Assembly (NCBI RefSeq): GCF_006345805.1
Contig: NC_042998.1
Location: 114,142,001 to 114,206,000 of the forward strand
Length of the DNA: 64,000 bases
Source of the DNA: Octopus sinensis
Lineage: Eukaryota
Direction: 5' to 3'
Below the pieces are notes generated by a model. The model had not been told where the DNA came from and did not search any database. It worked only from the letters and a program-made list of their open reading frames with translations. Made by a program: the position numbers and the translations under genes. Of the stretch, positions 53,991 through 64,000 are shown in pieces (the stretch's first letter is position 1; every line of letters begins with the position of its first letter).

Positions 53991-55399
53991 GTTGCATACA
54001 TGCTGAGATAGATAGATAGTGAGTGAGTGTGAGAGAAACAGAGAGGAAGAGAAGTGGAAAAAGAGAATGTGGTGTAGACATTTGGAGGATTCTAGAAAGA
54101 AACAAGGAAATATAAATGATAAAGAAAGGCTCTTTATGCCAATACGCGTAAAGATAAACATTCAAAATTACTCAGAAGGCGTTAGTTAAAAATTTGCGCG
54201 TGTGTATATATGTATATATATATACACACACACTCTCTCTCACACACACATATGCATACATATATGTGTATGTATGTATGTATGTATGTATGTATGTATG
54301 TATGTATGTATGTATGTATGTATGTATGTGTGTATGTATGTATGTATATGTATGTATATATATATATATACATATGTATAATATATATGAGAGAGAGAGA
54401 GATGGATAGATAGATAGATAGATATGCATGGATATAATTATATGTGTGTGTATGTGTACAATATATATGACTACAGACATTGCAATCATGCTGATACGAT
54501 AATTGTTCTTGCCAGTTCGTGGATAGATAGAGGTGATGATGTTACATTGAAAAGTAGGTGACAGACAGACCGAACACTAGGTGATCTTACTTCGCATTTG
54601 TCACAAGATGATCTAGTGTTAAACAAGTAAAATAAGCCCATTGATATTACTGTTTCATGTGTTAGGTTCACAGAGAGATTTACACGGTTTCCTGGACGTA
54701 TTCGTGACCGAAATCAATTATACGCAAAGAGTGGACTAAAACAAGAACGCAACGTACAGCCCGCTCTGGGAATTGGAACTATGATCGCAAGATCGTGAGT
54801 GTAAAACCTTAACCATTAGGCCACATGTCTCTACTAGTGACCTGTTAATAGAGGATGTTGCTTTTGGATGTCTAGTCGACCATGATCGATTAAATCCATG
54901 ATCGAAATCGTTCTAGCCGTCACTATTCCGTCGATGATTTATATTATTACTTATTATTTAACTCGTTTCGGTGTGTGTGAATCGACCAAGGTATTTGGAT
55001 GTATATGAATTATCCAACTTGTCTACTTACGGTTTATTGTGTGATTTGAGAGGGATTTGGCTGCTATATCTTGCAAAGCGAATACATTTATAGAGGCTAT
55101 AAGAGAACAATTTGGTGACTATTTGTAGCAAATCAAAGTGACTATGTTCGCCCATTTGAAACGTATACTGATTGCTAAATGTTCAACTATATGTTCTCAT
55201 ATTCAGATACCCAACGGCTGACATTCAATTTAGTACAATAGAATTGGCTTCTGTATATTAATGATATTAACGTTATCAAAATTTGAAATTTATAGTTAGG
55301 ATTTGAAAATTTCCTTAGTAAAATGAACAAGATAAAAGGACGTCGTACGTTTAAGCAGACACTCTAATTTTTTTTGATTACCTACTGGGTCACCATACA

Positions 55400-55850
55400 C
55401 TCTACCTCACACAGGAGATATAATTATTTTGTATATCTCCCTACATAAAACACCTGGCTACCAAAAGCTCCCTATCCGTAGTATTTACTTTGCTCTGCAT
55501 AAGTCAGAATGTTCTTGTCCCCGACATTATTGAAGCCTTCTTTCGTGTCTGGCTTGCACATCTCCTATCGAAACTACGCGTCTACGGATCCCATCTGCCT
55601 CTCATATCTTGGATCTTGATGTTGGTACATATCACGATAGTGCGATCTGACCGAGATCGCTCTATATCGGGATATGTACTAACGAAGCTCTCCCTGCTTT
55701 ATACTCTGTTGACTTAAGTGTACAATAAGGCTCTGCTTTGTTCCTCGTTCTCTTCTTTGTATATATTAGGGGCCTTTTTGCCATCACTTGCAAAAATGTC
55801 TGCAGTTATGAAGATGATACCATAATTCTTGGAGTTACACTTGACACAAA
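55400..55850 (+). mobile_element. degenerate LINE reverse-transcriptase fragment (CR1/L2/Jockey group)
   Basis: PDIIEAFFRVWLAHLLSKLRVYG (cf. DISKAFDRVWH..LL.KL..YG) and VQ*GSALFLVLFFVYI..SYEDDT (cf. VPQGS.L...YADDT). Confidence 0.6.
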
Positions 55851-56019
55851 TTCAGGTCTGATCAAATAATTTTATTTCACTTTATATAACAACATTAAGT
55901 GTTTCCGCCTAATTGCATCCCTTCATGGAAACATATTCATACATTCATTCATACATGCATACATGCATACATGCATACATGCATACATACATACATACAT
56001 ACATACATACATACATACA

Positions 56020-56051
<32 letters not shown>

Positions 56052-56150
56052 CACATGCATACATGCATACATGCATACATGCATACATACATACATACAT
56101 ACATACATACATACATACATACATACATACATACATACATACATACATAC

Positions 56151-56506
56151 TGCAAAAATCTGTACAGCTTCCTAGAAGTTTATCATTTAAGTATAAATAG
56201 ACATGTCTATATATGCATGAAAATATACATCAGAGTAATATATAAACCAAAACAAACATACATACATACAAAAATACCCTGTTGATGTTGAAGTTCAATG
56301 AAAGAGCCTTGGATCAAGGTTAGAAACCGGCTGTTTGTCTACTGGAAAGAAATCTGGAAATAAAACTGAAAATTACATACTGGAACTGTAAAAATCTGTA
56401 AAACATTCTAGAAGTTTATCATTTAAATATATATGAGCTTGTCTAGATATGTAACTCTATGCATGAGAATACATACATAAAACATACAAATCTGCACATA
56501 AATACA

Positions 56507-56539
<33 letters not shown>

Positions 56540-57781
56540 TCATACATATATACATACATACATGCACACATACATACATACGTATATTCATACATACATA
56601 CATAAATACATACATTCTTAGATACATACATACATACATACATACATACATACATAGAAATATTCCAATCAAACTTCTGTCAAATATAGACATAACAGGC
56701 CGGATATTGTTGTTTGGGATGTTACAATCATAGAGTCAGCTGCCCTGCAGATATAAATATCTCTTTCAAAATCAAAGAAAAAGAGGATATCTATGGACAG
56801 CTGCTTCGAAATCTCCAGCTTTTATATCCAAACTATGAATTCATTTTAATACAAATGATAATTGGAGCACTAGGTTTTGTTAGCAAATGCTTAAAAAAGA
56901 ATCTGGATAAACTTGGATTTTCAGAAAGAGAAATTCTTTTCTACTCTAGGCAGAAGGCCCGAAATTTTGGGGGACGGGACCAGTAGATTAGATCGATCCT
57001 AGTACGCAACTGGTACTTAATTTATCGATTCCGAAAGGATGGAAGGCAAAGTCAACTTCGGAAGAAGTTGAACACAGAATGTAGACAGACGAAATACCTA
57101 TTTCTATTTCTTTAGTACCCACAAGGGGCTAAACATAGAGGGGACAAACAAGGACAGACATAGTATTAAGTCGATTACATCGACCCCAGTGCGTAACTGG
57201 TACTTAATTTATCGACCCTGAAAGGATGAAAGGCAAAGTCGACCTCGGCGGAATTTGAAGGTTGACTTTGCCTTTCATCCTTTCAGGGTCGATAAATTAA
57301 GTACCAGTTACGCACTGGGGTCGATGTAATCGACTTAATACCTATGTCTGTCCTTGTTTGTCCCCTCTATGTTTAGCCTCTTGTGGGTAATAAAGAAATA
57401 GAAATAGGTATTTCGTCTGTCTTCATTCTGTGTTCAACTTCTACCGAGGTCGACTTTGCCTTCTATCCTTTCGGAATCGATAAATTAAGTACCAGTTGCG
57501 TGAAATACCGCTGAGCATTTCGCCCGGCGTGCTAACGTTTCAGCCAGCTCGCCGTCTTTAGAAAGAGAAATTGACCAGCTGATTCGCACATTACAAGTGC
57601 AAGCTGTGAGTGGAACACTAAAAATATGCAAAACTTTTCTCAAGTTAAAAATGTGAATTTAAATATATCCCAAAGATGGAGCTTTGTATCTTTGTTGGAA
57701 ACCGGCTCCCTCCTCGGTGGAAGATTTATAATAATTAAAAAATAGAAGAGACATACATACATACATACATACATACATACA

Positions 57782-57815
<34 letters not shown>

Positions 57816-58742
57816 CATGCATACATATATACATGCATACATACATACATGCATACATACATACATACATACATACATACATACATACATACATGCATAC
57901 ACATATACATGCATACATACATACATGCATACATACATACATACATACATACATACATACATACATACATACATACAAAGAGCTATCGAGAAATCTGCAA
58001 TTACTCTATCCAGATTACAAATTCAGGTTTATACCTGTAATTGTTGGTGCACTGGGATATGTAACACACTGGATAAATACCAATCTTAAGAAATTAGGCT
58101 TCTCAAAACCAGAGAGGCGAAAGCTAATTCGAAAACTACAGATCCAATCCATCACTGGAGCTGTAAAAATCTGTAAAACTTTCCAGTTTATCATTTAAAT
58201 ATATATGATCATGTCTAGATATGCAACTATATGCATAAGAATACATACATGAAGCAAAACATACATATACAAATCTACGCGTATATATATATACATACAA
58301 ACAAAAAATAATCTGTTGTTGATGTTGAAATTCCAATGAAGGAGTCTTGAGTCTAGGTTAGAAAGCGGCTCTTTCTCTGTTGAAAAGAAATCTTGAAATA
58401 AAACTGAACAATAGCATATATACCCTGTTGATGTTGAAATTCCAATGAAGGAGCCTTGGATCTAGGTTAGAAACCGGCTCCTTCTCTAGTGGCAAGAAAT
58501 CTGGAAATAAAACTGAATAATGACATACATACATGCACACATACATATATGCATACATACATGCATACATACATACTTGCATACATACATACATACTAGC
58601 ATACATACATACATGCATACATACATACATGCATATATACATACCCTGTTGATGTTGAAATTCCATTGAAGGAGCCGTGGAGCTAAGTTTGACACCGGTT
58701 CTTTCTCTATTGGAAAGAAATCTGGAAATAAAACTGAATAAT
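56151..58742 (+). mobile_element. stack of at least six 3' fragments of RLE family C, separated by (TACA)n
   Basis: Pieces at about 56151-56374, 56381-56490, 56656-56935 joined to 57573-57750, 57977-58412, 58423-58521 and 58644-58742. They encode LRNLQLLYP..FIPVIVGALG..LQIQSITGAVKICKTF-stop and/or the terminal UTR module seen at 28191-28290. Confidence 0.85.
56936..57559 (-). mobile_element. SINE family 1 insertion with a 13-bp TSD and an internal 500-bp fold-back
   Basis: TSD AGAAAGAGAAATT at 56923-56935 and 57560-57572. Inverted arms at 57004-57245 and 57259-57501. Confidence 0.85.
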
Positions 58743-58778
58743 GACACATACATACATAAAAATATGTAAGTATATATA

Positions 58779-59557
58779 TTAGGTTGAGTGAAAATCTTTG
58801 CAATATGTTGGTAACTTATTTTCTTTTTTCGTCAAGTTAAAACAAAAAGAGCCTAGCATTCAATGTAGAGGTCATCGTGTTGCACCGTCTGAACCCACCG
58901 TTTACTCGGTTTTTGATCCCACGTTGATATCAGTTCTTCCCGTTCAAGGCAAAGAGCTCCTTCACCTCATCTTGCGCCGTGAGCGCAGGGAGTAAGCCAT
59001 GGATCGGAACAAGTAATAATCAGAGAGCGATATTTCCCGCATAAGCAGTGTTTAAGGAAAGGCCAGCTTCCGGAATCTGTCACCATACATGTGCGTTTAG
59101 AACACAAGCTGATGCTCTGCGTCTGTTGCAATTAGGAGGGGATAATTAACAACGATCTCGTTCCGGACGGTCGAATTATCGATACCAACTTGTACTCCAA
59201 ACAGCTGGATCGCATATATACCATTGTGCAGAAAACTACCCGGCTTTCGTTAACAGGAAGCGAGTACCCCTGCAGCAAGACAACGCAAGACCTCATACCA
59301 CCCGAACAACCCGGAATATCCTCCTAGGACTTGAAGAAATCGAACTGATACTACATCTAGCATATAGTCCGGACCTAACTCATTCGGATTGTTGCTACTT
59401 CCGATACATAGCTCACTTCCTGCCCTCGCGAGGCCTTATCAATCATGAAGAGGTGGAAGATTTGGTGAAGGAATTCTTCGCCTCGAAGGGCAAGAAGTGG
59501 TATAAACGTGGAATAAAAAAACAGGCAAAAAGGTGGTTTCAGACGGTGCAACGCGAT

Positions 59558-59565
<8 letters not shown>
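58779..59565. mobile_element. mariner (DD34D-type) remnants in inverted arrangement
   Basis: TA + TTAGGTTGAG TIR-like end. Minus-strand transposase C-terminus at about 58850-59000. Plus-strand [34 protein letters not shown] at about 59050-59560. Confidence 0.8.
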
Positions 59566-59639
<74 letters not shown>

Positions 59640-59725
59640 CACATATATATATAGAGAGAGAGCGAGAGAGAAATATAGATGTATATAGTCGTGTGAATCG
59701 AGTCATAAATGCATACACATACATG

Positions 59726-59759
<34 letters not shown>

Positions 59760-59777
59760 TATATATATGTACATACA

Positions 59778-59813
<36 letters not shown>

Positions 59814-60539
59814 CACGCGTTTGTGTATGTAGCGTATGTGTATATGTATGTTTGTAAATGCATGTTTACAAAATGTATGTGTAATTACTTATGCAAATGT
59901 GATTCTACGTAGTTAACCTCGTGCAAAGACATGAAACAGACAACATACTAAACACTGTATATCTTAAAGTAAATATATTCTGAACAAAAATACATCAAAT
60001 GCCATTATCTCGTCACTATTTACTCATTTTCCTCGGGCTTTACCTATTGTTCATGTTATTCATGTTGTTGTTGTTGTTGTTGTTTTTGTTTTATCATCTT
60101 CCACTATAATTTTTCGTTATTGTATTTAATTATTTTTTAAACATTTTCCCGAAAGTTTATAACAAGTTTTCATGTTGTTATTAGTTCTCTACGTTGACTA
60201 TGGTTGTTTTTCGACTTACATAATTCTATGCTGACTTCTCGGAAACTTCCAGAAAATAATAAAAATTATTTTAGTAAATACATTAATAAAATACATGCCT
60301 AAAATAAAAATTGTTGAAATGTATGTGTGTGTGTGTTTGTGTGTGTTTTATTTGTTTTCTGTTTTAATTAACAACTCTCAACAAGCTAATATATTTCCTT
60401 TCTCTCTGCATATTCCACTCTATCTTTCCGTATTTCTTCGTCTCCTTCCTTTCCTCTTGATTTCTTTCTTTCCTTCATCCTTCATTTCTTTTTTCCAGCC
60501 CTTTATATCGTTCTCTCATCACTTCCTTTTGTCTTTCGC

Positions 60540-60629
<90 letters not shown>

Positions 60630-60732
60630 CATCGTTGAGTCGTCGTCGTCGTAGTCATCATCATCATCATCATCGTTGTCGTCGTCGTCATCATCGTTGT
60701 TGTCGTCGTCGTCGTCGCTGTTGCTGTTGTTT

Positions 60733-61690
60733 GAAATGGATTGAATCCTTTCAGGTGAACAGAACCCACATGTGGCGATAAATGGTGTTCGATCAAGCTT
60801 GGCAAAATTAATCAGTGGAGTCCCACAAGGCACTATATTAGGTCCATTATTTAGCTTTTTGGCATTATTGACGTCATCAAACACAGCAGCATTTGAATTT
60901 TGTTAAATGACTCGAAGCTTTTGAAGATCGTCGACAGAGCAAAAGACCCAACAAATCTCCAATTGGATCTGCTCCCTGTTATCCGATGTTCGGAAATCAC
61001 AATATGTAGCTAAACGAGAATAAATTTGAATTAATACACTACGGTAAAGAGGCTTCACTTAAGCTACCATACACTCTTCATTCGAGTGCAGACCGCTTGG
61101 CATGAAACTCTGCTAGGGATGTCGGAGTAATTGTCAACAACAAGGACTTAAGCTTGAGTGCCCATATAAACAACGAAGTTTCATGGCCCGCAAGACGTGA
61201 TCATGGATTCTACAGACTTTTCGGTCTTGAGACGCTCCAATCATTATCCTTCTCTCGTCCTCCTTTGCCATTCCCCACCTAGAAAGAAAACTGTTGTTTG
61301 CTGTGATCTCCTACCTGAAGCACCCAAGAGATCGATCACAAGAAAAATAGATGGCATGACATATCTACATTATTGAATTTAGAGACTCAAATGTTGTTCC
61401 CTCCAACGCCACCGTGAGCACTATATCATGTACATGGTGTGGAAAATATTCCAACAGCATTGCTCAAATGATGTTGGCATCAAATATAAAATTCACTTAA
61501 GGCCTGATCCCCGTCCGTCCTCTACAAAAGTCATGCTGGCTTCACTTTACCTCAACTGACCCTGCTCTCTTTAACATTATGCGAAGATACACAAGCAATG
61601 AAAATGTTCCTGGACAAATATCTCCAACAAATACCAGATAAATCACCTACACCCGAATATTTCATAGTTAATACTAACTTTTGTATCTTA
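60733..61690 (+). mobile_element. CR1/L2-group LINE RT and 3' fragment, degenerate
   Basis: KWIESF..VAINGVRS..SGVPQGTILGPLLF..NDSKL..LNENKFELIHYGK..RDVGVIV. Confidence 0.75.
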
Positions 61691-61889
61691 GTATGAAAGA
61701 GTGTCCTCTGATCAGTGAGCAACTAAACAAACTTTGAAGCCCTAATCCTCCATCGGACGCCACAGAGCCATAGTGAAATGTTCCAGTAGAAGGCGCTGAG
61801 AAAAAGGACATGAGATTGATGATGCAGGATAGAATGCCTAGTCATTTTTGAGAGAGTGAAATATATCATTATTCCTGCTTATTTTCACT

Positions 61890-62170
61890 GTAGAAGATAG
61901 CAGAAATTCACCTAAGGACCAGGTCTTAGGTGAATTTTATAGTTGATGCCAACATCATTTGAGCAATGCTCTTGGAATATTTTCTACATCATGTACATGA
62001 TATAGTGCTCACGGTGGCGTTAGAGGGAATCAAATTTGAGTCTCTAGATTCAATAATGTAGACAACGAAAATAATACAAAGCAACAGCAAAAGGAACAAC
62101 AAACTTAGTTTCTAGACGATCACCAGTCAAAACTCTGAGGATGGCAAAATATACATCGTTAGGATCATAT
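61890..62170 (-). mobile_element. inverted partial copy of the adjacent CR1-like LINE
   Basis: 61921-62062 is the reverse complement of about 61362-61505 with few substitutions. Confidence 0.75.
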
Positions 62171-62704
62171 CTGTTTACCACACCTTCATCGTGCAACGGA
62201 AGAAAAAATTACAAATAAAAAATTCCAAGCACTGGTGGGAATACGAAGAGGGAAAAGAGAAGACAGTTACAAAAAAAAAAGGACACAAAATAAAACAATG
62301 AAAATGGGTGAGGTAAAACAATTTCTTCTAATAAAATCTCTCTCGAAATCTCAACGAAATCTCTCTCAGGAAATGACGAAAAAAATAAAGAGAACGTAAT
62401 TGAAGGGTGATTCACCGTTCTTCGAAAATCAAACAAACCGTTAATTGAGATAAGTACGTATCTGTGGTGCCACTGATCATCCCCAAAAGTTAGGATGGCA
62501 CTAAAACAATCAGGTTCAGAATATAAACAACATACAAAAATTACATTACTTGTAAAATGAAAATCAAGACATTAAGGCTTACTTAAATGAGAATTCTTTC
62601 AAGGTGTCTGAAAATAATCCTTAAGGGTGCGTTCGTTTGCACTCAAAAGTAATTTTAGAAATTGAAAATTTAAAAGAGTTGCCGAGTGTCCTTACTGAAC
62701 TTAA

Positions 62705-62990
62705 CGGGAAAATCAGTATCACTGAATGGTTAAGGAGTTTTCGTCGCAATCACAAGGTCCGGGGATCGATTTCTAAAGTCGAGAGTCGACTTTGTGAGGG
62801 AAACTGTATAGATTGTACCCGTAATTCAAATATGTAGCCTTATCCTATACTCCATTATGCTGGTTCTGCCTTACAATAACTTTAATGCCATACGTGTCTA
62901 TGGAATGTTCAACCATTTAAACGGTAATTCAGGAGTAGATAGTTCATTTGATCGAATAAAAGATTCCTCTCTGTCGAAAGATAGACATCT
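62705..62990 (+). mobile_element. diverged tRNA-derived SINE
   Basis: CTGAATGGTTAAGGAG..GGTCCGGGGATCGATTTC head-like boxes. Confidence 0.4.
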
Positions 62991-63559
62991 CCCGCCACAA
63001 CACACCACTAAACACCAGCACTTTTATTCAATATTTTACCAGTTTTCTTTATAAATTGTCTACCAATGGTGAAGTAAGACTACAATCATATACGATGAAC
63101 ACTAGAAATTACATGGTGATATTTGTTCCACGTTTTCCATTTTTCTGATTCAGTGTTCACTAATTATATTTCTAGATGGTCTGTTACAGTTTATTGACAC
63201 TGAACATTACAAGGTTTTCTTTTCCGTGCTTTTGTTCGTATTCACATGGAATTCATTCACTTTAATTTTTACCGACACAGACTGATACCCGGTATTCTTA
63301 TAATTTAGTTATATATTTTTGTCCTCTTTGCTAATGTCTGTTACGAATTGTCGCGCTGACCAGTGTGTAATGAATATATGCTGTCTGTATACTATAGCGT
63401 TTGCTCTTGGAAGAATAGAATAATAGAGTTAAGGCGAAATAGTGAATAATTATGACGAAGTTACATAGCTTCGTGTCCAAACGTATATTGAACATACATT
63501 TTTAAAAAAATAATCTTGCGCATACACATAAATATACAAAAATTGAAGCAGACACATAC

Positions 63560-63663
<104 letters not shown>

Positions 63664-64000
63664 AGCGAAATTTGTAAAATAATTGAAGCACATGATAAAC
63701 GACCTAAAATATTCTAAATATACTAACCCATTCCAAAAAGAACTCTCTGAAACCATATCAAAAATATGTTCCTCACAATATATGCATGTATTTTTCTGAT
63801 AAAACTAGGAACCACTATGCATTACCTATCGAAGCGTAATAATTTAATACAAAAAACCTTAACACTAGTTACAAAACACGCACACTCAAAGGATATTAAT
63901 AAAACACATAAATTGATAAAGTATTTGGACCTACTCAACAGAATTGAACCATCCGCTTCGAGAACACCACGTTTTATACTGAAGGACCATAAGCCCAACT

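Noticed and set aside
58423-58742. CRISPR-like repeat-spacer pattern
   Set aside because: The units are about 100-nt retrotransposon UTR ends separated by microsatellite, in a eukaryotic context with no cas genes.

Overview
This is AT-rich, microsatellite-saturated animal genomic DNA. The SINE/LINE repertoire and the density of (TA)n/(TACA)n/(TATC)n/(TAA)n tracts look like a coleoid cephalopod such as Octopus (inference only). No intact protein-coding gene is recognisable; the window is probably intronic or intergenic, with only weak candidate exons on the minus strand (best: 3119-3270). Almost all interpretable ORFs belong to dead or 5'-truncated transposons. These are: three R4/Dong-like restriction-like-endonuclease (RLE) non-LTR families; two L1/Tx1-like subfamilies; CR1/L2-type fragments; a full-length but inactivated Tc1 with perfect 41-bp TIRs; mariner fragments; non-autonomous Helitrons; and about 20 tRNA-derived SINE copies. 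The most notable pattern is that each non-LTR family sits in its own microsatellite motif and piles up there. A (TAA)n chain runs from 3.9 to 10 kb, a (TATC)n Tx1-like stack from 49.5 to 51.6 kb, and a (TACA)n RLE stack from 55.9 to 58.7 kb, whose 3'UTR carries its own target repeat. There are also several fold-back structures, a direct-repeat-bounded 770-bp unit and a 100-N assembly gap. Most ORFs in the supplied track are microsatellite artefacts.
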